Positions 28,854-37,441 of a DNA stretch of 64,000 nucleotides are shown piece by piece. The notes below the pieces were generated by a model that worked only from the letters and a program-made list of their open reading frames with translations, ran no database searches and was not told the origin of the DNA. Origin of the DNA: Dehalococcoidia bacterium (GTDB taxonomy: Bacteria; Chloroflexota; Dehalococcoidia; UBA2979). The position numbers were made by a program, and so were the translations under genes. The number at the start of each line of letters is the position of its first letter. Positions within the stretch are counted from its first letter, which is position 1. Where the stretch lies: NCBI GenBank assembly GCA_965262725.1, contig OZ253555.1, positions 416,001 through 480,000 on the forward strand. The letters are read 5' to 3'.

Positions 28854-30425
28854 GCGGCGTCATCCCCGGAGGAAGCGCCGGGCGGCCGGGTGCGCTTGCT
28901 GCGCGGTCCCTTCCCGCGAGAGCCGTCCCCGGACGCGCCGTCGCGCGACTGGTCCCGCTGCTCCGGTTCGGATTCCTTCCCGCCGTCCTCTTCCGCCATC
29001 CCTTCGAGCCACAGATCGACGCGCCTGCGGCCCTCGGCGCGCTGGGCCGCGATCTCCTCCTCGGTGAGCAGGTAGGCGGACGCCTCCTCGCGGATGCGCG
29101 CGGCCGTCTCCGGGTTCCCGTCGTCCGGCTTGCGCACCTCCATCGAGAAGGCGGGCGCGCGCTCCGTGCCCACCGTCGCGCGCACGTAGGCGTGGTGCAC
29201 GGGCAGGGAGACGACGTCCTCCTCGGAGACGCGCTCGCGGTCGAGCTCCCAGACGAGCTGGCGCGCGTCCGAGCCCGCCACCTGGAAGACGGCGAGGCAG
29301 CCGACGTTGGCGAGCAGCGTGCTGCGCAGCGTGCGGGAGAGGTCGTCGAGCTTGTCGAGGCTCTGCGTGGCGAGCACGAAGCTCGCGCCGTACTTGCCCC
29401 AGCTCCGAGAGCATCGACTCGTAGTCGACGCCCGGCATCGACTGCATCTCGTCGACGACCACGAGCGCGCCGCGCCGTTGCGCCTGGGGCAGCTCGCCCT
29501 GCTCGCGGATGACGGCGTCCGTGAGGTTGAGGATCGAGGCCCCGACGAGCGCGGCGACGTCCTTGCCGGCCGCGCCCTGCGCGGTGGAGACGAGCAGCAC
29601 GCCGCCATCGAGGATCGTGCGCCGCAGGTCGATCGTGGAGCGGGGCTGACCGAGGATGGCGCGCGCCCGCTTCGAGGAGGCGTAGTAGGAGAGCCGCGTC
29701 TGCACGGGCGCGAGCGCGTCGGCGCGGTACTCGCGGCGCCAGCCCCGGAAGTCGCGCTCCCACCAGTCCAGCAGGAACTCGTCGCTCACGCGCTTCAGCA
29801 CGAGGGTGCGGAAGCGGTCGTCGGAGAGCAGGCGCAGCCCGTCGAGGATCGTGTACTGCTCCTCGGCGGCGGTGGCGGGGTGGGCGTTGTGCTCGTGCAG
29901 GGTCTTCACGACCTGCTCGAGGATCGACTGCATGCGCGGTCCCCACTGCTCCCAGAGCCCCTTCGCCACGCGCACGACCGAGTCGGCGGTGCGGTCGCGG
30001 TCGGCGAAGACGCGCGTGTCGAGCAGGTTGATGCCGGGGTAGCCGCTCTCGCCCGCGAGGTCGAGCAGGCGTACCTGCCCCGCCAGGGACTCGGGGACCT
30101 GCTGGAGGATGTCGGCGACGAGGTCGGCGTGGGGGTCGACGACGACGATCGCGTCGCCATCGCGGCCCGCCGCCTTCTCGCGCAGCCTGTGCGCGACGAG
30201 GTGCTGCATGAGCGTCGACTTGCCCATGCGCGTGCGCGCGACGTAGAGGTGGTGGCGGCGCAGCAGGTCGTCGGGGAAGCGGATCTCCCGCGGCGCGCCC
30301 GCCGTCGTCTGGCCGACGAGCGCCCCGCCGCTTACGTCCCTCGCCTGGGGGACGAGCACCCGCGCCCCGGAGCGCGCGACGAGCGGCGTCTCGTCCTTCG
30401 CCCCCGGCGGGTGCCAGAGCGCCAC
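28850..30425 (-). pseudogene. VirD4/TraD-like coupling ATPase, 5'-truncated and frameshifted at about 29400
   Basis: VARTRMGKST, VVDPHADL, WGPRM, VDEMQ and MLSELG/KYGAS split across frames. Paralog of 37422-39983. Confidence 0.85.
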
Positions 30426-30459
30426 GGCCTAGCGCACGCCGAGCACGCGCAGGCCCACC

Positions 30460-30605
30460 GCCTACGGGGACGAGGGCGACGACCTGATGCTGGCGCTCGC
30501 CGGGAAGATCGTCGCCGGCGGGGAGGACGCCGCCTCGGTCGAGTCGGTCTTCGCCCGGGCCCCGGGCCGGCAGCGGTCTCTGTTCTCCTGGGCGGAGTTC
30601 ATGTG
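30460..30605 (+). pseudogene. Second remnant of the same C-terminal tail as 26990-27312
   Basis: AYGDEGDDLMLALAGKIVAGGEDAASVESVF...QRSLFSWAEFM. Confidence 0.6.
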
Positions 30606-30685
30606 GGCATGTGGGCGTCGCCCCATGTGTCCGCAGCATGCGGAAACGCCGCCCGGACCCGCGTTGAGCCGATTCTGGCGTGTTC

Positions 30686-30765
30686 GGAACGAATCCGGAA
30701 CAAATCCGGAACAAATCCGGAACGTTTTGAACTCTCATGGAACGTAGCCGGAACTTTCTGTGAAC
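30686..30765 (+). promoter_or_regulatory. Array of eight (G/T)GAAC cores at 11-bp spacing upstream of the conjugation operon
   Basis: GAAC at 30687, 30698, 30709 and 30720, then 30729, 30740, 30751 and 30762. The first run includes near-perfect AATCCGGAACA units. Confidence 0.8.
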
Positions 30766-30825
30766 GCCTGATCGCACCCTAGCCCTGCATCGCCGCACCC
30801 CGCCCACCGGGGCGAGCGCGCGGCG

Positions 30826-32013
30826 ATGCGGAAGGGGCTGGCCGTGCGGGGTTCGCTGCTCGCCGTTGCCGCTGCGCTCGTCTGCTGGCTGCTGCTGGCC
30901 GTGCCCGCCCACGCGGAGCAGGCGGCGGATCCGCTCGCGGCCCTCACCCGGGCCGGCGCGCCTCTCGTCGCCGCGGCGCCGCCCTCATCCGCCGGCCCCA
31001 CCCCACCGGCGAGGCCGATGGTGGCCTCCACAGCGGACCCGGTCGCACCGGCGCCGGGCACCGCCCCCGCGATCGGCATTCCCGGGCTCCCGAGCCCCTC
31101 CGACCTGCTGAGCGGGCTCGACCCGCGCGAGTGGGCGGCCTCGATCCTCGACGGCGTCGTGAGCGCGCTCGGGCGGGAGCTGCTCGGGGCGATGCGCAGC
31201 TTCATCGACTGGGCGCTCGGCTTCGGGGGCTCCTCGCTCAACTTCGTCACGCGCACGCCGGCTCAGGGCTCCTACGAGAGCCCGACCGTGCGCTCCCTCT
31301 GGGACTTCTCGCGCGCCATCGCCAACGCCGGCCTCGCCGTGGTGGTGATGTGGGGCGGCTTCAACGTCATCGTCCGGCGGCACATCGGGAGCCCCTACCA
31401 CGGGGCGATGGAGCTCCTGCCCCGCGTCATCCTCGCCGCCCTCGCCGTGAACCTCACGCTCGAGTTCGCGGGCCTCCTCATCGAGGTCAACAACGCCTTC
31501 GCCGGGGCCGTCGGCCAGGTCGGACTGCCCGGCTACGAGCAGGCGAACGTCGCGCAGGAGGGGATCGCTCTCGTCTTCGTGGCGATCGCGTACGCCGTGA
31601 TGGCGCTCCTGCTGGTCTTCCAGATGCTGATGCGGCTCGCGCTCCTGGACGTTCTGATCGTGCTGTCGCCGCTGATGGTGCTCTGCTGGGTGCTGCCGCA
31701 GACGCAGGGCTGGACGCGCTGGTGGGCGCACCTCCTGGTGATCACGGTCTTCCAGCAGGCGGTCCAGCTCGTCGTGCTGCGCCTCGGCGCGGCGCTGATG
31801 GTCGAGCTGGTGCCCGGCGGCGCCGCGGACGCGCTGCTGACCCTGCTCCTCGGCATCGCCATCGCCGCCCTGACGCTCCGGGTGCCCTCGCTCCTCCACG
31901 GCCAGGTCCAGCAATCGGGCACCGGGGCGGCCGTCGCGCTCGTCGTGGCCGGCCGCGTCGCCGCCGGCGTCGCCGGGCGCGGTAGCGCCGCCGCCGGCGC
32001 GGTGGGGAGGTAG
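30826..32013 (+). CDS. TrbL/VirB6-like polytopic conjugation membrane protein
   Basis: Multiple TM segments, LLPRVILAALAVN and MRLALLDVLIVLSPLMVLCWVLPQT; first gene of the T4SS operon. Confidence 0.8.
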   Translation: MRKGLAVRGSLLAVAAALVCWLLLAVPAHAEQAADPLAALTRAGAPLVAAAPPSSAGPTPPARPMVASTADPVAPAPGTAPAIGIPGLPSPSDLLSGLDPREWAASILDGVVSALGRELLGAMRSFIDWALGFGGSSLNFVTRTPAQGSYESPTVRSLWDFSRAIANAGLAVVVMWGGFNVIVRRHIGSPYHGAMELLPRVILAALAVNLTLEFAGLLIEVNNAFAGAVGQVGLPGYEQANVAQEGIALVFVAIAYAVMALLLVFQMLMRLALLDVLIVLSPLMVLCWVLPQTQGWTRWWAHLLVITVFQQAVQLVVLRLGAALMVELVPGGAADALLTLLLGIAIAALTLRVPSLLHGQVQQSGTGAAVALVVAGRVAAGVAGRGSAAAGAVGR

Positions 32014-32016
32014 CCC

Positions 32017-32448
32017 GTGCTCCAGGCCGCGCTCATCGTCAGCTCGCTGCTCGGCGACCTCCCGCGCGAGGCGCTCCGCACCGCCGGCGCGCTCCTGCTG
32101 CTCGTCCTCGCCTCCGTGCTCGTGGTGGTGATCGCCGTGGCGGCGCTGGCGGCGACGCTGCTCGCGGCACTTCCCGGCGTCGGCGGTCCCGAACCGCCTC
32201 CGCCTCCGCCTCCGCCTCCGCCTCCGCCCGAACACGCCACCGCCATCTCCAGAGACGGCGCTGCGCACGGCGTGCCCGCGGAGCTGCCGGCAGCGGCGAT
32301 CGCCCCGGTGGGGCGCGGCTTCGGCGCCCGCACCAAGGCGCCAGCGGCCGCCGTGGCGCCGGCGCCCGCCCGCGAGAGCTATGCCGCCGCCGAGCTCATG
32401 ACGGCACCGCCGCCCGTGCCGGCCGCGTCTGCCGGGGCGGCGTCGTGA
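32017..32448 (+). CDS. Membrane protein with poly-Pro tract (possibly truncated)
   Basis: RBS GGGAGG, TM segment, P12 tract encoded by a CCGCCT hexamer repeat, and a low-complexity tail. Confidence 0.5.
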   Translation: MLQAALIVSSLLGDLPREALRTAGALLLLVLASVLVVVIAVAALAATLLAALPGVGGPEPPPPPPPPPPPPEHATAISRDGAAHGVPAELPAAAIAPVGRGFGARTKAPAAAVAPAPARESYAAAELMTAPPPVPAASAGAAS

Positions 32449-32987
32449 CCGGGCGCGGACCGGGCTACGCGCTGCTCGCGCTCGCCGCGCTGCTCTTGGC
32501 GGTCGCCGTCGCCTCCGCCTGGAGCGGGGCCTCGCGCCTCGCCGGGCGCGGTGAGGACGGCGCCGCGCGCCGGGCCGCCGATGCCGCCTCCGTGGAGGCC
32601 GCGGCGTCCGCGTTCGTCGTCGCCTACGGCGGCTTCGACTACCGCGACGCAGACAGCTATATGGCGCGCCTCGCCGCGCTCACCTCAGGCGAACTCCGCG
32701 CGGCGCTCGCGGGAGCGGCGGTCGATCCGGCCGCCATCGCCGGGGACCGCCGGAGCCGCGCTGCCGTCCAGTCGGTCTCGGTCGCCGCGCTCACCGCCGC
32801 TGTCGCGGAGGCGACGGTCCGCTCGCTGCACGAGCGGAGCTGGCTGGACCCGGCGTCCGGACGCGCCGCCCGGGAAGAGGTCACCCAGCACGTCCGCCTG
32901 CGGCTCGTCCGCGAGGGCGGCCGCTGGCTGGTGACGGAGGTCGTTCTGCTTGGGGAGGAATCAATCGGCGCACGGGGCGCCGGCTGA
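32445..32987 (+). CDS. Bitopic NTF2-like protein (VirB8/TcpC-like candidate)
   Basis: N-terminal TM segment, AASAFVVAYGGFDYRD and LRLVREGGRWLVTEV. Confidence 0.7.
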   Translation: MTGRGPGYALLALAALLLAVAVASAWSGASRLAGRGEDGAARRAADAASVEAAASAFVVAYGGFDYRDADSYMARLAALTSGELRAALAGAAVDPAAIAGDRRSRAAVQSVSVAALTAAVAEATVRSLHERSWLDPASGRAAREEVTQHVRLRLVREGGRWLVTEVVLLGEESIGARGAG

Positions 32988-33001
32988 GAAGGGAGCCGGG
33001 G

Positions 33002-33232
33002 ATGGAAGAGATCAACGTGCTGTTCGGGAACCTGCTCGACATCGGCATCGGTGTGGCGGCGGCGGTCTCGGCGTTCTTCGTGATGTGGGGGGCATTCCTC
33101 TACATGTCGGCGTCCGGGTCGCCCCGCCAGATGGAGGCGGGCAAGACGGCGATCCTCAACGCGCTCGCGGGGTTCGCGATCGTGCTGCTCGCGCGCGCGA
33201 TCGCCGGCATCGTGCAGGGGGCGATGGCGTGA
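33002..33232 (+). CDS. TrbC/VirB2-like pilin
   Basis: 76 aa with two hydrophobic helices; WGAFLYMSASGSP..MEAGK.AILNALAG. Confidence 0.8.
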   Translation: MEEINVLFGNLLDIGIGVAAAVSAFFVMWGAFLYMSASGSPRQMEAGKTAILNALAGFAIVLLARAIAGIVQGAMA

Positions 33233-33627
33233 TGACGCGCCACGAGATCCCGACCCACCTCGGCGTCGCCGACAGGGCGGTCCTGGGCCTGACGATGCGC
33301 CAGCTGCTCTCCGCCGCCGCCGGCCTCTCGCTGGCCTACGGCGCCGCGGGCGACCTGCCGCTGCCGCTGCCCGTCCGCCTCTGTGCGGCCGCGCTGGTGC
33401 TGGCCGCGGTGCTGCCGCTGGTCTTCTGGCGGCCCGCCGGACGCCCGCTCGAGGAGTGGGTATTCGTGCTGCTGCGCTACCGGGCCGTGCCCCGCGCCGC
33501 CGTCTGGAGGCCGCGCGAGCGCTCCGTGCCTCCGCGCGCGTCCCGCGAGGTGGTGCTGCGCCCGCTCGCGGCGCCGCCCGTCCACCCGGTGACGAGGAGG
33601 GGAGACGTGCATGCGACCGCGTCCTGA
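33232..33627 (+). CDS. PrgI-family (VirB3-like) protein
   Basis: HEIPTHLGVADRAVLGLTMRQ...GRPLEEW...P. Confidence 0.85.
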   Translation: MTRHEIPTHLGVADRAVLGLTMRQLLSAAAGLSLAYGAAGDLPLPLPVRLCAAALVLAAVLPLVFWRPAGRPLEEWVFVLLRYRAVPRAAVWRPRERSVPPRASREVVLRPLAAPPVHPVTRRGDVHATAS

Positions 33628-33826
33628 CCGGAGACGGCGGTGGCGGCCGTTCGGGAAGAGCGCTCACGCGGCCGAGCAGCGGGCCGAGCAGCGGGCCCAT
33701 CAGCGGGCACGACGGGAAGCACGCAGGCAATCGCACCGGATCAGGAGACGCACGTGGCGAGCACGCATGAGGCGCTACCGCTGATGGAACGCGGAGCCCG
33801 GGTGGTGGCGAGGAAGGGAGTGGCAC

Positions 33827-34537
33827 ATGTGGTCACGCGGTAGCAGGAGGCGGCGCCTCGCGAGCGTGCAGGAAATCCTGCCGCTGGAGGAGATATCGGG
33901 CGACGTCGTGCGCCTGCGCGGCGGCGACTACCGCTGCGTGCTCGAGGCCCAGGGCATCCACTTCGCGCTCAAGTCGGAGCCCGAGCAGGAGGCGATCCTC
34001 GCCGGGTACCGGCGCTTCCTGAACGGGCTCACCCACCCGCTGCAGGTGCTGGTGCGCCTGGTCCCGGCCGATGTCGAGGGCTACCTCGCCGGTCTCGGGG
34101 GCGCCCGCCGGGGCACGGAGACGCTGCGGCGGCTCGCGCTCGACCACGAGGCGTTCGTGCGGCGCATCGCCCGCGAGCGGACGCTGCTCGACCGACGGTT
34201 CTACGTGGTCGTGCCGGCGGACGTGGACGGCGCCCCCGGGCGGGCCGGGCCGGGCTGGCCGGGCCTGGGCCGGCTGCTGCGACCGGGAGCGCGGTCCCCG
34301 CGGCAGCAGAGCGACCTCGCCCGGGCGCGGCGCACGCTCTCCTTGCGCTGCGGCGAGGTGGCGCAGGGCCTCGGCTCATTCGGGGTGCGCACGCGGCGGC
34401 TCGACGCGGGCGAGCTGGCGGCGCTCTGGCGCGCCGTGCTCGGCGGCGGCGCCGGCTATGGGCCTCCGGTCGCCACTCCCGTCGTCACATCACCCGTCGT
34501 CTTCTCCGGGCACCGGCAGGAGGCCTCCCGTGCCTAG
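33827..34537 (+). CDS. VirB4/TraC N-terminal-like accessory protein
   Basis: FALKSEPEQEAILAGYRRFLNGLTHPLQVL...RRFYVVVP; lies directly upstream of VirB4. Confidence 0.7.
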   Translation: MWSRGSRRRRLASVQEILPLEEISGDVVRLRGGDYRCVLEAQGIHFALKSEPEQEAILAGYRRFLNGLTHPLQVLVRLVPADVEGYLAGLGGARRGTETLRRLALDHEAFVRRIARERTLLDRRFYVVVPADVDGAPGRAGPGWPGLGRLLRPGARSPRQQSDLARARRTLSLRCGEVAQGLGSFGVRTRRLDAGELAALWRAVLGGGAGYGPPVATPVVTSPVVFSGHRQEASRA

Positions 34538-36356
34538 CCCCGCGGCACTCCTTCGGCGTCGGGATCGCGGCGCCGGCAGCCCGGCGGGCGCGCACCGCTT
34601 CGCCGCCGGCGAGCGCTCCACCGCCGACCTGATCGCGCCCACGGCGATGGAGGAGACGCGAGACCACCTCGACATCGACGGGCAACTCACGCGGGTGCTG
34701 GCGCTCACGGACTACCCGCGCCACGTCGCCCCGAACTGGCTCGGGCGGCTCATCGACCAGGGCGAGCCGCTCGACCTCAGCCTGCACCTCGAGCCGCTGG
34801 ACTCGGGGGACGCGGTGCGCGGCCTGACCCACCGCCTGGTGGAGCTGCAGTCATCGCGCCTGCTCGACGCCAGGGGCGGGCGCATCGCCTCCGCCGAGCG
34901 CGAGGTCGCCTACGAGGATGCCGAGCGGCTGCGCGACGCGCTGGAGCGCGGCGACGAGCGCGTCTTCTCGGGAAGCCTCTACCTCAGGGTGCACGGCCGC
35001 TCGGCCCGGGAGCTCGACCGGGCCGCGGCGCGCGTCGAGGGGACGCTCGGCGGGATGATGGCCACGGCCCGGCCGGCGCTCTACGAGATGCTGCCGGGGC
35101 TGCTCTCGTGCCTCCCGGCCGGGCAGGACCACCTGGGCCGGCGCCGCAACCTCGACACGTCGAGCGTGGCGACGATGATCCCCTTCACGTCGAGCGCTCT
35201 CTCCGCCGGCCGCGGGCTGCTCTACGGCGAGAGCGTCCACAACAGCTCGCTCGTCATCTTCGACCCCTTCGGTGCGGACCAGGAGAACGCCAACAAGGTC
35301 GTCTTCGCGAAGAGCGGGGCCGGCAAGTCCTACGCCTGCAAGGTCGAGGCGCTGCGGGCGCTGCTGCTCGGGGTCGAGTACTACGTCATCGACCCCGAGG
35401 ACGAGTACGGCCGGATCTGCGAGGCGGTCGGCGGGCAGATGGTCCGCCTCTCCGGCGGCTCGCCCGTCCGCATCAACCCCTTCGACCTGCCGCCGGGCGG
35501 GCCGGAGCCGGCCGGAGCGGATCCCGATGCGCGCGACCCGCTCGCGGAGCGCGTGCTGGCGCTGCAGGGTCTGCTCGCGCTGATGCTGGCAGGGCCCGGC
35601 CAATCGCTCGGCCAGCGCGAGCGGGGCGTGCTCGACCGGGCGCTCTACGAGAGCTACCGGCGGGCCGGCATCACCGCCGACCCGGCGACGCACGACCGCC
35701 CCGCGCCGGTGCTGCGCGACCTGGTCCGGGTGCTGCAGAGCGGCGGCGATGAGCACGGGCTCGCGGGGCGCCTCGAGCGCTACGTCTCGGGCAGCCTCGG
35801 GCGCGTCTTCTCGGAGCGCACGACGGCCTCACTCGACCGCCCCTTCGTGGTCTTCAACGTGGAGGGCCTGGAGGAGGAGCTGCGCCCGCTCGCCACCTAC
35901 CTCATCGCGGATCACATCTGGGCGCGGGTGACTCGCGACCCGAAACCCCGCGTGCTGCTGATCGACGAGGCGTGGTCGTTGATGCGCTACCCGGAGGGGG
36001 CTCGCTTCCTGGCGCAGCTGGCACGCCGGGCGCGCAAGCGCTGGCTCGGCCTCACCACGGTCACGCAGGACGTGGGGGACTTCCTGGCCTCGCCGGAGGG
36101 TCACACCGTGCTCGCCAACAGCTCGGTGCAGCTCCTGATGCGGCAGGACAGCTCCACGGCCGGGCTCGTCGCGGAGACCTTCGGGCTCTCGGCCGCGGAG
36201 CGGGAGTTCCTGCTCGCCTGCCGCAGGGGCGAGGGCCTCTTCCTGGCCCGCGGCAACCACATCGCGCTGCGCGTCGAGGCGAGCCCGCTCGAGCACGCGC
36301 TGGCGACGACAGACCCCGCGGAACGCGCTGCCGACAGGACGGAGGTGCAGCCATGA
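34530..36356 (+). CDS. virB4: VirB4-like type IV secretion ATPase
   Basis: RBS AGGAGG. AKSGAGKS, IDPEDEY, INPFD, IDEAW...RRARK, TQDVGDF and LLMRQ. Confidence 0.9.
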   Translation: MPSPAALLRRRDRGAGSPAGAHRFAAGERSTADLIAPTAMEETRDHLDIDGQLTRVLALTDYPRHVAPNWLGRLIDQGEPLDLSLHLEPLDSGDAVRGLTHRLVELQSSRLLDARGGRIASAEREVAYEDAERLRDALERGDERVFSGSLYLRVHGRSARELDRAAARVEGTLGGMMATARPALYEMLPGLLSCLPAGQDHLGRRRNLDTSSVATMIPFTSSALSAGRGLLYGESVHNSSLVIFDPFGADQENANKVVFAKSGAGKSYACKVEALRALLLGVEYYVIDPEDEYGRICEAVGGQMVRLSGGSPVRINPFDLPPGGPEPAGADPDARDPLAERVLALQGLLALMLAGPGQSLGQRERGVLDRALYESYRRAGITADPATHDRPAPVLRDLVRVLQSGGDEHGLAGRLERYVSGSLGRVFSERTTASLDRPFVVFNVEGLEEELRPLATYLIADHIWARVTRDPKPRVLLIDEAWSLMRYPEGARFLAQLARRARKRWLGLTTVTQDVGDFLASPEGHTVLANSSVQLLMRQDSSTAGLVAETFGLSAAEREFLLACRRGEGLFLARGNHIALRVEASPLEHALATTDPAERAADRTEVQP

Positions 36357-37441
36357 GCCACATCGACATCGATCAGCTGAAGCGCCGCAACCCGCTCGCC
36401 GACATCGTCCGGCGCCACGGGGTCGAGCTGCGCGGGCAGGGGAGGCGACTGACGGGGCGCTGCCCGTTCCACGACGACCGCACGCCGAGCCTCTGCGTCT
36501 ATCCCGAGACGGAGTCCTTCCACTGCTTCGGCTGCGGCGCCGCCGGCGACGTGATCGACTTCATCCGCCGCACCGAGGGCCTGGGCTTCCGCGAGGCCGT
36601 TCTGCGGCTCGGAGGCGGAGCCGTGGGCGGCGGTTCCGGTGGCAGTTCGATCGGGACCGCCGCCCACGCGCCACCGCCCCCGGTGCGGGCCCGCGTGCCG
36701 GAGAAGACCGAGCAGGCCCCGGTGCTGTCGCTCGACGACCGGCTGATCCTCACGGCGGCCTGCGAGCTCTACCACGAGACGCTGCTCGAGACGCCCGCGG
36801 CGCTGCGCTACCTCGATGAGCGGGGGGTGCAGCCCTGGCTCGCGAAGGGCTGCCGGCTCGGCACGAGCGACGGCAAGAGGCTCGTGCCGTACCTGAAGCG
36901 GCGCCGGCTCAGCCTGAAGCGCGCAGAAGCGCTCGGCCTGCTCTTCCGCTCCGGCGACGAGGCGATGACCAGCCGCCTCGTGATCCCGGAGCTGCGCGGC
37001 GCGCACTGCGGCTGGATGGTCGGCCGCGCCCCGGACGGCGGCAGCGGTCCGAAGTACCGGGGTCTCTCGCTCCCGAAGCCGCTGCTCGGCTACGAGCGCG
37101 GCAGGCGGCGCCTCTTCCTCACCGAGGGGCCGTTCGACTGGCTGACGCTCACGGGCTGGGGGCTGCCGGCGTGCGCGCTGCTCGGGACGCAGCCCGGGCG
37201 GGGCGTGCTGCGGCTGCTCGAACGCGCGCGCTCGGTCGTGCTCGTGATGGACTCAGACGAGGCCGGTCGCGACGCCGCGCAGCGGCTCTCCGCCGAGCTC
37301 GGAGGGCGCGCAGAGGTCCTCGAGTTGCCCGCGGGCGTCAAGGACGTGAGCGAGCTGGGCGCGCGGCCGGGCGGCCGCGACGCCTTCTTCCGGCTGCTGG
37401 GCGCGGAGAGGAGGGACACGGATGTCGCGATCACGCACTGA
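36353..37441 (+). CDS. DnaG-like primase (CHC2 zinc finger + TOPRIM)
   Basis: CPFHDDRTPS...HCFGC, TEGPFD, MDSDEAG and KDVSE; ATGA-coupled to virB4. Confidence 0.9.
   Translation: MSHIDIDQLKRRNPLADIVRRHGVELRGQGRRLTGRCPFHDDRTPSLCVYPETESFHCFGCGAAGDVIDFIRRTEGLGFREAVLRLGGGAVGGGSGGSSIGTAAHAPPPPVRARVPEKTEQAPVLSLDDRLILTAACELYHETLLETPAALRYLDERGVQPWLAKGCRLGTSDGKRLVPYLKRRRLSLKRAEALGLLFRSGDEAMTSRLVIPELRGAHCGWMVGRAPDGGSGPKYRGLSLPKPLLGYERGRRRLFLTEGPFDWLTLTGWGLPACALLGTQPGRGVLRLLERARSVVLVMDSDEAGRDAAQRLSAELGGRAEVLELPAGVKDVSELGARPGGRDAFFRLLGAERRDTDVAITH

Noticed and set aside
30686-30765. LexA/SOS boxes
   Set aside because: GAAC-N7-GAAC is the alphaproteobacterial LexA box. The inferred host lineage uses the palindromic GAAC-N4-GTTC type, which is not present here. 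Not fully excluded.
27358-30912. 1184-aa minus-strand ORF as a single protein
   Set aside because: Most of it is an off-frame read of the decayed coupling protein. Only the last ~250 aa are the real relaxase C-terminus.
33670-33707. 12-bp repeat GCCGAGCAGCGG (about 3 copies) between prgI and the virB4 accessory gene
   Set aside because: It is short and GC-rich with no supporting context, and probably arose by slippage.
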